Origin: Rheinheimera sp.
GTDB lineage: Bacteria; Pseudomonadota; Gammaproteobacteria; Enterobacterales; Alteromonadaceae
Strand: one strand, 5' to 3'
DNA: 64,000 bases
Assembly: GCF_003543135.1 (NCBI RefSeq)
Contig: NZ_DPJG01000016.1
Shown here: positions 49,743 through 60,713 of the stretch, piece by piece
How positions within the stretch are numbered: position 1 is the stretch's first letter
How the letters are laid out: each line of letters starts with the position of its first letter
Position numbers and translations under genes: made by a program
The notes under the pieces: generated by a model
What the model was told of the DNA's origin: nothing
The model's database searches: none
What the model saw: the letters and a program-made list of their open reading frames with translations, nothing else

Positions 49743-50633
49743 TTATTCGTTGCTGTTTTTTGGCTTTGTTTTGCCGTCTTTGGTCAGCAGGGTATCAAAA
49801 ATGTCGATACGGCGGTCACGGAACACACCCCAGCTGCGGCGGATTTGCGCCAGCTCGTCTAAGTCAAAAGTGTGTACCAGCACAGCTTCGCTGACTTCAT
49901 CCGCTTCCTGTACCTTGGCACCAAACTGGTCCGCAATAAAACTGCTGCCGTAGAAAGTAATAGAAAAATCCTGTTCGGTTTCAGTACCAATACGGTTAGA
50001 GGCAATCAGCGGCACCAGGTTAGCGGCGGCATGGCCTTGTTGGGTGCGCTGCCAGTGGTCGCGTGATGAAATAGTGGCGTCATGTGGTTCACTGCCAATG
50101 GCGGTTGGGTAAAACAGCAGCTCAGCGCCCATTAATGCCATAGTACGGGCACACTCAGGGAACCACTGATCCCAGCAAATACCAATACCAATTTTGGCAT
50201 AAGCGGTATCCCAGACTTTAAAGCCGGTGTCGCCTGGCGTGAAATAGTATTTTTCGCTGTAACCCGGGCCATCCGGAATATGGCTTTTACGGTAAGTGCC
50301 AAGGTAAGAGCCGTCAGCGTCAATCACCGCAACGCTGTTGTACAGGCAGTTGCCGGCGCGCTCATAAAAACTGATAGGCAGCACCACATTCAGTTCTTTG
50401 GCAATCTTGGTGAAATGCGCAACAGCAGCGTTGTTTTCCAGCGGTGTTGCAAATTCAAGATATTCTGGTTTTTGCTTTTGGCAGAAGTAGTTACGCTCAA
50501 ATAACTCTTGCAGCAGGATAATTTGTGCACCCTGGGCAGCAGCCTGACGTACCAGTTTTTCCCCACGGGCAATATTTTCTTCCACATTCCAGCCACCCAC
50601 CATCTGGGTAGCGGCAACTGTTACATTACGCAT
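49743..50633 (-). CDS. aguB: N-carbamoylputrescine amidase
   Basis: Nitrilase triad in LQELF, RKSHIPDGPGYSEK and GICWDQWFPE; directly upstream of aguA. Confidence 0.95.
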   Translation of the reverse strand: MRNVTVAATQMVGGWNVEENIARGEKLVRQAAAQGAQIILLQELFERNYFCQKQKPEYLEFATPLENNAAVAHFTKIAKELNVVLPISFYERAGNCLYNSVAVIDADGSYLGTYRKSHIPDGPGYSEKYYFTPGDTGFKVWDTAYAKIGIGICWDQWFPECARTMALMGAELLFYPTAIGSEPHDATISSRDHWQRTQQGHAAANLVPLIASNRIGTETEQDFSITFYGSSFIADQFGAKVQEADEVSEAVLVHTFDLDELAQIRRSWGVFRDRRIDIFDTLLTKDGKTKPKNSNE

Positions 50634-50908
50634 GCAAAGGTTCTCCAAGCCAAAATAAAAAAGGACACCTTACTGTAGCCAGTTGTGCTTAATGGCGCAA
50701 AACAAAACGCAGCAGAAACAAGCACAACACCGGCTGAGTAAAGGTGATTTGGGCGCGCAAAATGCCGGATTTTTCACCGGCCGTCAACGCATTTTTCCTG
50801 CCTTTTAGCAATGCACAAAACTGCTGCATCAGCATGGCATGAATATGCTGAATATCCGAATAAAGATGGTTTTTATATGCGTTTTTCACAGTGGCTGTGA
50901 TCTCTGGT

Positions 50909-51559
50909 TCAGCGCTCTGCCGCTAATTTGGCGGCCAGCAATAACAATTCAGGTTCCAGCCTGGTTTTATAGTTGATATGCACATAACTAAACTGCACTT
51001 CGGCTTTGCTATTGAGAATATAAACCGCAGGCACCGGCAACACAGCTTTGCCTGTGTTGTCGTAGGTGAGCTCAATACCATAACTGCCTTTATATAAAGC
51101 CGTGGTTTTATCGTCCAGATAATAAGCCAGGCCAAAAGCACGGGCGGCATCAAGTGGTTGATCGGACAATAAACGGTAATTCAGCGCAGCGCCTTTGGTG
51201 TTGGCCTGGCTATCCGTCACCGCTTTTGGTGCTTGTGGGCTAATGGCAAGCAGCTGATAACCCAAGGCTCTCAGATTGGGTTCAATATCTTGAAGCCCTG
51301 CCAGCTGGGCATTGCAATAAGGGCACCAGCCACCACGGTAAAACACCAACACAGTAGGTTTTTTACCAACTTCAGTGAGTAATTGCACTTCTTTACCTTG
51401 TTGATCCAATAAAGTAACGGCCGGCGCTGTCATGCCATTAAGTAAAGGCCGGACTTGTTGTGGGTTATCTGCAATGACAGTCGCTGTTGTATTGGCGGCA
51501 GCGCCGAGCGTAACGAGCAAAGCAGTAATCAGCAGCAATGTTTTGGTGGGAAAATACAT
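50909..51559 (-). CDS. Peroxiredoxin-like AhpC/TSA family protein
   Basis: Signal peptide; FYRGGWCPYCN and LPVPAVY. Confidence 0.88.
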   Translation of the reverse strand: MYFPTKTLLLITALLVTLGAAANTTATVIADNPQQVRPLLNGMTAPAVTLLDQQGKEVQLLTEVGKKPTVLVFYRGGWCPYCNAQLAGLQDIEPNLRALGYQLLAISPQAPKAVTDSQANTKGAALNYRLLSDQPLDAARAFGLAYYLDDKTTALYKGSYGIELTYDNTGKAVLPVPAVYILNSKAEVQFSYVHINYKTRLEPELLLLAAKLAAER

Positions 51560-51735
51560 CAGGCAGTCCTTGTAGGTCGTTGAATAAGATAGTTGAGTAA
51601 AACAATAAACCGGTAAAAGAGGCCATTTCTTTCATGGTGTTAAAAAAATACTGGCTTTGCTGATCTGGCGCAGGGCAGGCTTCTTATTCTCAGGTAGAAT
51701 AAACCGCAAATAACAAGCGGCCGGGATGCAGGGGC

Positions 51736-52962
51736 ATGACAAAAAAACTGTTTGATATTCTGATTGTGGGCGGCGGTATGGTGGGCGCTTCGTTAGCACT
51801 CAGATTTAGCCAGGCCGGTTTGCAGGTGGCTGTGATTGAAAAAACGCCGCTCAGTTTAGTGCAGGACTCTATGCCCACAGATGCAGCAGAGACCACAGAG
51901 CCGCCAATAGATTTACGGGTTAGCGCCATTAACAGACGCAGTGAACAATGGCTGCAGGATATCGGCGTCTGGCAACATTTGCCTGCCACCCGCTTATGCC
52001 CTTATCGTGCTTTACAGGCGTTTGAAGGCGACAGCCAGCCTCACAATGAAGGGCTGACATTTACCGCAACTGAGCTGAATCAGCCTTATCTTGGCCATAT
52101 TATTGAAAATAACAGCCTGCAAAAAACCATGTGGCAGCAGTTTAATGAATTTATTACGTTGTTTTGCCCGGCTACTGTCGTGTCCTTGTCGCAGCAAAGC
52201 GCAATTTCTGGTTATGCATCTGTCACCACCAAAGAATTTGGTGAAATTTCTGGCCGGTTACTGATAGCGGCCGACGGCGCACAGTCACAACTGCGCAACC
52301 TGGCCGGCATTGGCCACAATGGCTGGCAATACCAGCAGGCCTGCCTGGTAGCCACTGTTGATACTGAGTATCCGCAGCAGGACATCACCTGGCAACAATT
52401 TACCGAACAAGGCCCAAGAGCCTTTTTGCCCTTGCCAGGCGCCCAGGCGTCTTTGGTTTGGTATGACGATTTACCCAAAGTAAAAGCGCTGGCGCAGTTA
52501 CCGGCGGCGCAGCTTGCACTGGAAATTCAACAAAACTTCCCGGCCAAACTTGGCAAAATAACCGTCAAACAACAAGGCTGGTTCCCACTGACCCGAATGC
52601 ATGCCAACCGTTATTGGCAAGGTAGGGTGGTATTGGTGGGCGATGCTGCCCACAGTATTAATCCGCTGGCCGGACAGGGTGTAAACCTGGGGTTTGCCGA
52701 CGCAGCTTTACTCGCAGAGCTGGTGTTGCAGGCGCTATCTGAAGGGCGTGATTTAGCTGATAGCCAGCTGCTGCAACAGTATTGGCAAGAGCGCAAAAAA
52801 GCGAATTTATTGATGATGTCGGCGATGGATGGCTTTTATCAGTTGTTTAGTAGCCGCTGGCCAGTGCTCAGACTGGCGCGCAAACTGGGGTTAACTGCAG
52901 CGGCCAAGGCCGGTCCACTGAAAGCCTGGGTAGGCGCTTATGCAGCTGGGCTCAAAGGTTAA
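51736..52962 (+). CDS. ubiF: UbiF-like FAD-dependent ubiquinone hydroxylase
   Basis: GGGMVG, DLRVSAI, AADG and GDAAHSINPLAGQGVNLG; next to the Met-Leu-Gln tRNA operon as in E. coli. Confidence 0.8.
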   Translation: MTKKLFDILIVGGGMVGASLALRFSQAGLQVAVIEKTPLSLVQDSMPTDAAETTEPPIDLRVSAINRRSEQWLQDIGVWQHLPATRLCPYRALQAFEGDSQPHNEGLTFTATELNQPYLGHIIENNSLQKTMWQQFNEFITLFCPATVVSLSQQSAISGYASVTTKEFGEISGRLLIAADGAQSQLRNLAGIGHNGWQYQQACLVATVDTEYPQQDITWQQFTEQGPRAFLPLPGAQASLVWYDDLPKVKALAQLPAAQLALEIQQNFPAKLGKITVKQQGWFPLTRMHANRYWQGRVVLVGDAAHSINPLAGQGVNLGFADAALLAELVLQALSEGRDLADSQLLQQYWQERKKANLLMMSAMDGFYQLFSSRWPVLRLARKLGLTAAAKAGPLKAWVGAYAAGLKG

Positions 52963-53009
52963 AGCAGCCGGAGCTGGTTTATTGCAACAACCTGCTCAGT
53001 CTCAAGCGG

Positions 53010-53564
53010 TTATTTAACGCCGGCCTGGCTTAACAACAGCGGCAATGCTGTTTTCCAGAAACTGCGCCACTGCTCCAACTCTTCTGCAGTAGTGAGCTGC
53101 TCATGTTGTAACGACAAAGCTACTTTATCAGTGGCTTTTTGCTGAATGTGAAGCGCCAAACGCGAGCCATCTGCCAGTTCACAGCGCCAATAACGCCACT
53201 TTTCAGTCTGACTGACTCTGGGCTGCGTTTTTAACTGCACTTGATTAAAACTCTGGATCCCGGCAACAGCCTGTAGCCAGAGTGTCAGCGCTTCATCAAG
53301 TTTTCCTGACAGCGTTTTATTCACCGATAACTTAAATTGGCCGCTGCAGTCCTGGCCCGGTTGGCGTTTGCCCAGATGCTGTTCAAACTTGACTGTCAGA
53401 CTTTGTGCCCACCAATCAGATACCCCTGGCTGGCTTTTTAATAAAGCGGCAATTTGTTGGTGATTGAGGTTGCCGGCCTGATGTGCTGTTAAAAAATCAA
53501 ACCAGCTTTGCAGGCTACGACCCGTGGCAATTGTGATTTTGTCTGTGGTTTGGCTTAAAGGCAT
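53010..53564 (-). CDS. Hypothetical protein (DUF4287-like N-terminus, SRPBCC-like C-terminus)
   Basis: IATGRSLQSWF..H..IA..WWAQSLTV; start moved to MPLSQ because the longer ORF runs into the tRNA terminator region. Confidence 0.65.
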   Translation of the reverse strand: MPLSQTTDKITIATGRSLQSWFDFLTAHQAGNLNHQQIAALLKSQPGVSDWWAQSLTVKFEQHLGKRQPGQDCSGQFKLSVNKTLSGKLDEALTLWLQAVAGIQSFNQVQLKTQPRVSQTEKWRYWRCELADGSRLALHIQQKATDKVALSLQHEQLTTAEELEQWRSFWKTALPLLLSQAGVK

Positions 53565-53697
53565 AACATGGCCTGAGGCAATGAAACAGCTGATTGCAGC
53601 ATACTCATTTAAGCATGCCCCTTGCAACGCCCTTGGCCGAAGACACTTGCAGAACGCAGAAAAAAGAAAACCCAGCATAAGCTGGGTTATCAAAGAA

Positions 53698-53772
53698 TGG
53701 CAGGGGTACAGGGATTCGAACCCCAGAATGGCGGGATCAAAACCCGCTGCCTTACCGCTTGGCTATACCCCT
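53698..53772 (-). tRNA. tRNA-Gln(TTG)
   Basis: Cloverleaf, anticodon loop TT-TTG-AT, TTCGAAT T-loop, encoded CCA. Confidence 0.97.
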
Positions 53773-53830
53773 GCAGAAATTTTGTGGCGCTAATTGTATG
53801 AACTGATGACCATACTGCCACTAAATTTAA

Positions 53831-53905
53831 TGGCAGGGGTACAGGGATTCGAACCCCAGAATGGCGGGATCAAAACCCGCTGCCTTACCGCTTGGCTATA
53901 CCCCT
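53831..53905 (-). tRNA. tRNA-Gln(TTG), identical second copy
   Basis: Identical 75 nt to 53698-53772. Confidence 0.97.
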
Positions 53906-53933
53906 GCAGAAACTGCAGAATTCTTACTTGCTT

Positions 53934-54018
53934 TGGTGCGGAAAGAGAGACTCGAACTCTCACGCCTCGCGGCGCTGGAACCTAAATCCAGTGCGTCTAC
54001 CAATTTCGCCATTTCCGC
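53934..54018 (-). tRNA. tRNA-Leu(TAG)
   Basis: 85 nt with long variable arm; anticodon stem CTGGA/TCCAG, loop TT-TAG-GT; CCA. Confidence 0.97.
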
Positions 54019-54045
54019 AATTTACGGCGAACAACGCAGAGAAAG

Positions 54046-54122
54046 TGGTGGCTACAGCGGGAATCGAACCTGCGACCCCAGCATTATGAGTGCTGTGCTC
54101 TAACCAGCTGAGCTATGTAGCC
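54046..54122 (-). tRNA. tRNA-Met(CAT), elongator type
   Basis: GGCTACATAGCTCAGCTGG...; loop CT-CAT-AA; G1-C72 paired; CCA. Confidence 0.96.
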
Positions 54123-54156
54123 ACTGTGTCTTAGTTGTCCTAAGCAAGTGGCGCGT

Positions 54157-54185
54157 ATTATGCTCAGATGCGTTTTTAACGTCAA
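54157..54185 (-). promoter_or_regulatory. Sigma70 promoter of the tRNA operon
   Basis: TTGACG-N17-CATAAT followed by GC-rich discriminator ACGCGCC. Confidence 0.8.
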
Positions 54186-54417
54186 CCCATTTTTTGCCGC
54201 AATAAAGCGAATTCAGTTTGTTTGCTGTTTTTCTATGCAGATTGGCTGTAGCTTAGCCAGTTTTACCCCAAATTCCATGGGCTTAGCCTGCTTTGGGCTG
54301 TGGTTTAGTTTGAAATTCCGTTAGTATCGCCATTCATGCGTAGGCAAATGCCGCGCTCCGACTGCAGCCAAGACTGCTATTTATGCCAAGGCATAAAAAA
54401 ATATTACAGGAGATTTC

Positions 54418-55986
54418 ATGTCGAGCCCGACAACTCAAACCGCAAATACAACAACCAGCCCGCGCTGGCCTAAACAGTTGCCTTATATTATTGCCAGCGA
54501 AGCCTGTTAGCGCTTTAGTTTTTATGGCATGCGCAATATTTTAACGCCGTTTTTAATGACAGCTTTGCTGCTTGCTGTACCTGAGCATTTAAGAGCAGGT
54601 GAAGCCAAAGACGTATTTCACTCCTTTGTCATAGGCGTGTATTTTTTTCCTTTATTAGGCGGCTGGTTAGCAGACCGCTATCTGGGTAAATACAACACCA
54701 TCTTATGGCTGAGTATTGTCTATGTGATTGGTCATTTATTTTTGGCCTTGTTTGAAACCAGTAAAGAAGGTTTTTACACCGGCTTATTTTTAATAGCGCT
54801 GGGCTCGGGTGGTATTAAACCGCTGGTTTCTGCTTTTATGGGCGACCAGTTTGATCAAAGCAATAAAAAACTTGCCCAAAAAGCCTTTGATATCTTCTAT
54901 TTCACTATTAACTTCGGTTCCTTTTTTGCGTCTTTACTGATGCCGTTGACGCTGAAACACTTTGGGGCTGCCATTGCTTTTGGTATTCCCGGGGGGCTGA
55001 TGGCGCTTGCTACGTTATTTTTCTGGCTCGGCCGTAAGCGCTATGTGCATGTAGCGCCAGAGCCGAAGGATCCCCATAGTTTTTTAAAAGTGGTAAAAAC
55101 TGCCTTGTTCTCAAAGCAACAAGGCAAGGCAGATGGCGGTTTATATCTGGCGTTGGTTGGGGTTGCTTTAGCGCTGTTTAGTTTAAGCCAAATCCCAACT
55201 TTAGGTTTTGTTGCTGCTTTTTGTTTAGCTTTAGTGCTGTTGATGGGCTTTGGTGGCGCTGGTGCCGCTATTCAGTTGGAAAGGGCGCGTGGGGTCCATC
55301 CGGATATCGCTGTGGATGGTGTGCGCTCCGTGCTGCGTATTTTAATTTTATTTGCGTTGGTGACACCATTCTGGTCTTTGTTTGATCAAAAAGCTTCAAC
55401 CTGGATCCTGCAGGCCAATCAGATGAGTAAACCACACTGGTTTGAACCTGCCATGATGCAGGCGCTAAACCCGCTGCTGGTAATGCTGCTGATCCCTTTT
55501 AACCATATTATTTTGTTTCCACTGTTAGAGCGTTGTGGTGTGCGTATTACCGCACTGCGCCGTATGGGCGCAGGTATTGCCTTTGCAGGTTTAAGCTGGA
55601 TTGTGATTGGTTCAGTACAACTGGCGATGGACGGTGGCACTGTAATGTCTATTGTCTGGCAGGTACTGCCTTATGCACTCTTAACTTTTGGCGAAGTTTT
55701 GGTATCAGCGACAGGTCTGGAGTTTGCCTATAGTCAGGCGCCAGCGGCTATGAAAGGCACCATCACCAGCTTCTGGCAGTTGTCGGTCACAGTGGGCAAC
55801 TTATGGGTGCTTTTAGCGAATAACAGCATTCGTAGTGAAGCTGTGCTGTCGCATGTAGCGGCTACCGGCTTGTCGCAAACCGCATTTTTAATGTTTTTCT
55901 TTGCCGGTTTTGCGCTGCTGGCTGCAGCGATTTTTGCACTTTATGCTCGCAGTTACACCATGCTGGATAACTACAGGGCCGTGTGA
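54418..55986 (+). pseudogene. POT/PTR family proton-dependent oligopeptide transporter interrupted by an in-frame TAG at codon 31
   Basis: AGGAGA SD sequence and ATG at 54418; the frame reads ...SEAC*RFSFYGMRNIL, with TAG (54508-54510) replacing the Glu of ExxERFxYY; the rest (from 54529) is intact with GSGGIKP and GLEFAYSQAP. Confidence 0.85.
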
Positions 55987-56022
55987 TTGGGTTCTGGTTT
56001 TACCGGAACTTTAGCGCTCATC

Positions 56023-56051
56023 ATAAACCCGGCTTTTAATGCCGGGTTTAT
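56023..56051. terminator. Terminator-like hairpin after the POT gene
   Basis: ATAAACCCGGC-ttttaat-GCCGGGTTTAT. Confidence 0.7.
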
Positions 56052-56417
56052 TTTATCCGCAGGGCTTTATCTAAGCTGAGTCATGCTGCTCATCAAGATC
56101 ATCCGACTATGGGAGTGGCTGATGTTGCTGTGGGATAGGTTTGGTTTGACAGACAAAGTGCATCGCAAGCAATAAAGCAGACAGTCCCTGGCGGTTCTTT
56201 TTGGGCACTGTTTTCCGCGCTATCGGCGACTGCAGATAATGAGCACCATGTTTGCGTGTACTGTTGCCATAGATAGAATCAGTGACTCCGACTGTACCAC
56301 CAGCAAAAATTTGGTTATTAAAACAGAGAAGATAACAATTTGTTTATTTTCACACCTTTACTTTTACTTTGTTGTTGCATAGGCTGAGCTTGTCTCGAAT
56401 ACAATGACAGGAGTGAG

Positions 56418-56726
56418 ATGATGAAAATAGTGCAGGGACTTGTGGTGGTATCCGTGTTGTGTATGACAGCCGGATGTGCGAACAATTATACGCAGGAACA
56501 GGTGAATAAAAAACATGCGGCCTATTACGCATCTGTGGACAAAGCACTGAAAGAGGATGGGAATCTGGCGAAAAAAGAACTGGTTGTTTGTTTCAGAGAG
56601 AAGCCCGTTGGAACTTTGATCCCACAAACAGTTTGTCGTACACCTGAGTTGATGGAGCTGGAGCGGGAAAAAACCAAAGCGCGCATCACCAGAACTCAAT
56701 TAAAGTCATTTACCGATAACCAGTAA
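56418..56726 (+). CDS. Small lipoprotein, hypothetical
   Basis: AGGAG SD sequence, lipobox TAGC, C-x6-GTLI-x4-C motif. Confidence 0.75.
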   Translation: MMKIVQGLVVVSVLCMTAGCANNYTQEQVNKKHAAYYASVDKALKEDGNLAKKELVVCFREKPVGTLIPQTVCRTPELMELEREKTKARITRTQLKSFTDNQ

Positions 56727-57098
56727 TATTTTACTGTTATGCAACACGGCGGTTTATTTTTGCTGTTTCCGCCTTGTTGATTGCTTGATAGTTAATCTGA
56801 CCGCTCTTAATCATCAACTCTGTTATTTTCTGACAGAAGCAAAGCCACAACGACCGCTTTAAAAACCTTTATTCCATAGGCAGCTCATTATCCGGTATCA
56901 GATCACATCCGGCATCCAATCACTGCTGGCACCGCCCACAAATACCGCCGCAAGTACCAATGCAATAACGGCAAAAAGAACAGTGTTTCAGTTTGCGGAA
57001 TTAACGGAGGATTGAGGCACTGTGGTTTTATCAGGCTTCTCATAACAAAAAACCGGACTAAAAAGCCCGGTTTTTAAGGAAAAAATACGATCTGAGCG

Positions 57099-58190
57099 TT
57101 AAACGTTAAACAGGAAGTGCATCACGTCGCCGTCTTTACAGACATAAGTTTTGCCTTCAACCCGCAGTTTGCCTGCTTCTTTGGCACCGGCTTCACCTTT
57201 ACAGGCAATAAAGTCGTCAAAAGAAACTACCTGGGCGCGGATAAAACCTTTTTCAAAGTCGGTGTGGATAACGCCAGCGGCTTGTGGCGCAGTGGCGCCC
57301 ACCGGAATAGTCCAGGCGCGCACTTCTTTGACACCAGCGGTGAAATAAGTGTGCAGGTTCAGCAGCGAATAACCGCCACGGATCACGCGGTTTAAGCCTG
57401 GCTCTTCCAGGCCCATCGACTCTAAAAACTCGGCTTTTTCGTCGTCTTCCAGCTCAGAAATTTCGGATTCAATAGCGGCACAGACCGGCACCACAATAGC
57501 GCCTTCTTTGGCGGCAATTTCACGTACCACATCTAAGTGCGGGTTATTTTCAAAACCATCTTCCAGTACGTTGGCGATATACATGGTTGGTTTGATGGTT
57601 AAAAAATTCATGTAGGAAATCAGCGCTTTTTCATCATCAGACAAAGCCAGCTGACGTAAGGTCAGGCCTTCTTCCAGATGTTTTTTTACTTTTTCCAACA
57701 CCTCAATTTCAGCTTTGGCGTCTTTGTCACCGGCTTTGGCTTTTTTGCTGACGCGGAAAATCGCTTTTTCCGCGCTGTCCATATCGGCCAGCACTAATTC
57801 CATATTGATAGTGTCGATATCGTCAGCCGGGTCAATTTTGCCGGCAACGTGAATAATGTTTTCATCGTCAAAACAACGCACTACATGGCCGATGGCGTCG
57901 GTTTCACGGATATTGGCCAGGAATTTATTACCCAGGCCTTCACCTTTGGACGCGCCTTTTACTAAACCGGCGATATCCACAAACTCCATGGTGGTTGGCA
58001 GAATACGTTGTGGATTGACAATTTCAGCCAGCTGCTGCAGGCGTAAATCCGGCACTGGCACCACACCGGTATTTGGCTCAATGGTACAAAACGGGAAGTT
58101 GGCCGCTTCAATGCCTGCTTTGGTCAACGCGTTGAATAAAGTAGATTTACCGACGTTTGGTAAACCAACGATGCCACATTTAAAACCCAT
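57099..58190 (-). CDS. ychF: Redox-regulated ATPase YchF
   Basis: [20 protein letters not shown] and [17 protein letters not shown]. Confidence 0.99.
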   Translation of the reverse strand: MGFKCGIVGLPNVGKSTLFNALTKAGIEAANFPFCTIEPNTGVVPVPDLRLQQLAEIVNPQRILPTTMEFVDIAGLVKGASKGEGLGNKFLANIRETDAIGHVVRCFDDENIIHVAGKIDPADDIDTINMELVLADMDSAEKAIFRVSKKAKAGDKDAKAEIEVLEKVKKHLEEGLTLRQLALSDDEKALISYMNFLTIKPTMYIANVLEDGFENNPHLDVVREIAAKEGAIVVPVCAAIESEISELEDDEKAEFLESMGLEEPGLNRVIRGGYSLLNLHTYFTAGVKEVRAWTIPVGATAPQAAGVIHTDFEKGFIRAQVVSFDDFIACKGEAGAKEAGKLRVEGKTYVCKDGDVMHFLFNV

Positions 58191-58300
58191 GAGATGATCC
58201 TTTGAACAAAATACAGGGCGAACCTGCGAAACGAACCTGGACTGAAATTTTACATTTCAGTATGTGTCTATCAGTCTGCGCCAGAGTTCAGCTCAATTAG

Positions 58301-58894
58301 CTAAACCGTAGCTTTAAAACTATGTAATCTGTGCTGGGCTTTCACCAGATCCTGCTGTTGCCAAAGCTCAAAACAGCGCAGGCTTTCGTCCAGCGCGTCG
58401 TTGATCAGCTTTTGCTCTTGCTGCGGCGCTTTGCCCAGCACATAACCTGTGACTTTGTCTTTATGACCCGGATGGCCAATGCCAAGCCGCAGGCGGTAAA
58501 AATTCGGATTATTGCCAAATTTGGCAGCTATATCTTTTAAGCCATTATGGCCGGCGTGGCCACCACCGAGTTTCAGCTTGGCAATGCCAGGTTCCAGCGC
58601 CATTTCATCATGCGCAACCAGAATAGCTTCAGGTGGAATTTTATAAAACTGCGCCATAGCGAGAACCGCTTTGCCGCTTAAGTTCATATAAGTTGTCGGC
58701 ACCAGTAATTTAATTTCACGGCCTTGCAACATGAACTTGCCGGTCAGGCCAAAAAACTTGGCTTCGGCTTTCAGACTGGTATTAAAACGACTGGCCAGTT
58801 GTTCAACGAACCACTGACCAGCGTTGTGACGGGTATTGCTGTATTCGGGGCCCGGATTACCCAGGCCCACTACCAGCTGAATGACTTCCGTCAT
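58301..58894 (-). CDS. pth: Peptidyl-tRNA hydrolase
   Basis: GLGNPG..TRHNAG, YMNLSG and GGHAGHNGL. Confidence 0.98.
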   Translation of the reverse strand: MTEVIQLVVGLGNPGPEYSNTRHNAGQWFVEQLASRFNTSLKAEAKFFGLTGKFMLQGREIKLLVPTTYMNLSGKAVLAMAQFYKIPPEAILVAHDEMALEPGIAKLKLGGGHAGHNGLKDIAAKFGNNPNFYRLRLGIGHPGHKDKVTGYVLGKAPQQEQKLINDALDESLRCFELWQQQDLVKAQHRLHSFKATV

Positions 58895-58896
58895 TA

Positions 58897-59496
58897 TTAC
58901 TCAGCAGCGTCGTCTGCTTTGCCAGCTGGTTTGTTTACAGAAACAACAGCCTGGTCATGGCCAGCACCTTTAGCCAGTTCAGCGATCACTACGCCGGCTG
59001 GAACTTTCAGGTCTGATAAGTGCAGAGTTGTACCAACAGCAACGTCAGCTAAATCCACTTCGATGAATTCAGGCAGGTTTTGTGGCAGAACAGTGATAGC
59101 CAGTTCGTTGATATGGTGAGCAACAACACCACCTTTTTTCACTGCAGCAGCTTCGTTGATGAAGTGTACAGGAACAACAGTGTGCAGTTCATGGCCAGCT
59201 TCAACACGTTGGAAGTCAACGTGAGTTACTTTTGGCTTGAACGGGTGACGTTGCATCGCTTTAACGATTGCTTTCACTTCTTCACCGCCAACGTTGATAG
59301 TCAGGATGTGAGTGTAGAAACCTTCGTTTGCCTGAGCTTGTAACAGCTTAGAGTGATCCAGCGTGATAGATACAGGGGCTTGAGCGCCGCCGTAGATGAT
59401 AGCTGGAACTTTGTCCGCGTGACGCAGGCGGCGGCTCGCACCTTTCCCCAGGTCGTTACGAACTTCAGCATTTAACGTGTAAATGGCGTTAGACAT
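58897..59496 (-). CDS. rplY: 50S ribosomal protein L25 (long, Ctc/TL5 form)
   Basis: [30 protein letters not shown] plus C-terminal domain; true start MSNAIY (59496) after GGAG. Confidence 0.96.
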   Translation of the reverse strand: MSNAIYTLNAEVRNDLGKGASRRLRHADKVPAIIYGGAQAPVSITLDHSKLLQAQANEGFYTHILTINVGGEEVKAIVKAMQRHPFKPKVTHVDFQRVEAGHELHTVVPVHFINEAAAVKKGGVVAHHINELAITVLPQNLPEFIEVDLADVAVGTTLHLSDLKVPAGVVIAELAKGAGHDQAVVSVNKPAGKADDAAE

Positions 59497-59547
59497 GTTT
59501 ATCTCCAAATATGAATTGCTCTGGTTTCCGCGACCAGAAAACCAGAA
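59497..59547 (-). promoter_or_regulatory. Probable L25 autoregulatory leader hairpin
   Basis: TCTGGT-CGCGGAA-ACCAGA hairpin then an AU-rich stretch before the rplY SD; promoter TTGCAG-N17-TATTAT upstream. Confidence 0.5.
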
Positions 59548-59700
59548 TGAGGCTTTTTTCAGGCGCCATCCGGCGGAAAAAAGCGCGACATAATAGCACC
59601 GGGGCAGGGGAGCTGCAAACAAAAAAGGCGCCGGTTGGCGCCTTTTCTCTGCACTTCCCACTGCAGCTGCAATTGCAGTGGGAAAGGGCGGGGCAAAATA

Positions 59701-60645
59701 TTAATCAAACATTGAAGAGATAGATTCTTCGTTGCTGATACGGCGGATACATTCCGCCATCATTTCGCTTAAGGTCAGCTGTTTGACTTTGCTGACGGCT
59801 TTCATTTCGGCGCTCAGCGGGATGGTGTCTGTAACGATCAGTTCATCAATCACTGAGTTGGCAATATTTTGTGCGGCGTTGCCTGAGAATACCGGGTGGG
59901 TGGCGTAAGCAAAAACACGGCGGGCGCCTTGTTCTTTTAACGCTTCGGCAGCTTTACACAGGGTGCCACCAGTGTCGATCATGTCATCGACAATAATACA
60001 GTCGCGGTCTTTCACATCACCAATGATGTGCATCACCTGGGCTACGTTGGCTTTTGGCCGGCGTTTGTCGATGATGGCTAAATCTGCATCGTTCATCAGT
60101 TTGGCAATAGCACGGGCCCGTACTACACCACCGATATCCGGAGAAACCACCACAGGGGCCTGGAATTCACGTTTACGCATGTCTTCCAGAAGCACAGGTG
60201 AAGCAAACACGTTGTCCACCGGCACATCAAAGAAACCCTGAATTTGTTCAGCATGCAGGTCTACTGTTAAAACCCGGTCAACACCGACGCTCGACAGGAA
60301 GTCAGCCACTACTTTGGCAGTGATAGGCACACGGGCAGAACGGACACGGCGGTCCTGACGGGCATAACCAAAATAAGGAATAACAGCCGTGATACGGCCG
60401 GCAGAAGCACGACGCAGAGCGTCTACCATCACAATAAGTTCAATCAGATTGTCGTTGGTTGGAGCACAGGTAGACTGGATAATAAAAACGTCCGATCCAC
60501 GGACGTTTTCATTAATTTGCACACTGACTTCTCCATCGCTGAAACGGCCGACTTCGGCGTCGCCCAGTTTGATATACAAACGGCTGGCAATTTTCTTGGC
60601 GAGTTCTGGTACGGCATTACCAGCGAATATCTTCATGTCGGGCAC
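59701..60645 (-). CDS. prs: Ribose-phosphate pyrophosphokinase
   Basis: GTG start [10 protein letters not shown] (as in E. coli); [15 protein letters not shown] and DDMIDTGGT. Confidence 0.99.
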   Translation of the reverse strand: MPDMKIFAGNAVPELAKKIASRLYIKLGDAEVGRFSDGEVSVQINENVRGSDVFIIQSTCAPTNDNLIELIVMVDALRRASAGRITAVIPYFGYARQDRRVRSARVPITAKVVADFLSSVGVDRVLTVDLHAEQIQGFFDVPVDNVFASPVLLEDMRKREFQAPVVVSPDIGGVVRARAIAKLMNDADLAIIDKRRPKANVAQVMHIIGDVKDRDCIIVDDMIDTGGTLCKAAEALKEQGARRVFAYATHPVFSGNAAQNIANSVIDELIVTDTIPLSAEMKAVSKVKQLTLSEMMAECIRRISNEESISSMFD

Positions 60646-60713
60646 GGTAGGATCCTCAGGGCGGTTTTGAGTCCGGTTAAAATCTTCAGACGGGTAGCAC
60701 ACCCGTCTTCTCG

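Noticed and set aside
53698-54122. tRNA cluster as a prophage or island integration site
   Set aside because: There is no duplicated tRNA 3' fragment or integrase. The two Gln copies are full-length and match the standard Met-Leu-Gln-Gln operon next to ubiF.
54508-54510. Programmed amber recoding (pyrrolysine or a suppressor tRNA)
   Set aside because: No pyl genes or CTA-anticodon tRNA are in the window, and the codon is one substitution away from the conserved Glu codon GAG.
56060-57040. Hidden small genes or remnants around the lipoprotein gene (for example, a minus-strand VLFAVIALVLAAVFVGG stretch near 56890-56975)
   Set aside because: There is no in-frame start or SD sequence (an in-frame TGA precedes it) and no recognisable homology; too weak to call.
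58897-59496. Long-form L25 as a novelty
   Set aside because: Two-domain L25/Ctc is common outside enterobacteria.
60646-60713. tRNA-Gln between ispE and prs, as in some proteobacteria
   Set aside because: The gap is only 68 nt and contains a simple hairpin (AGACGGGT/ACCCGTCT), not a cloverleaf.
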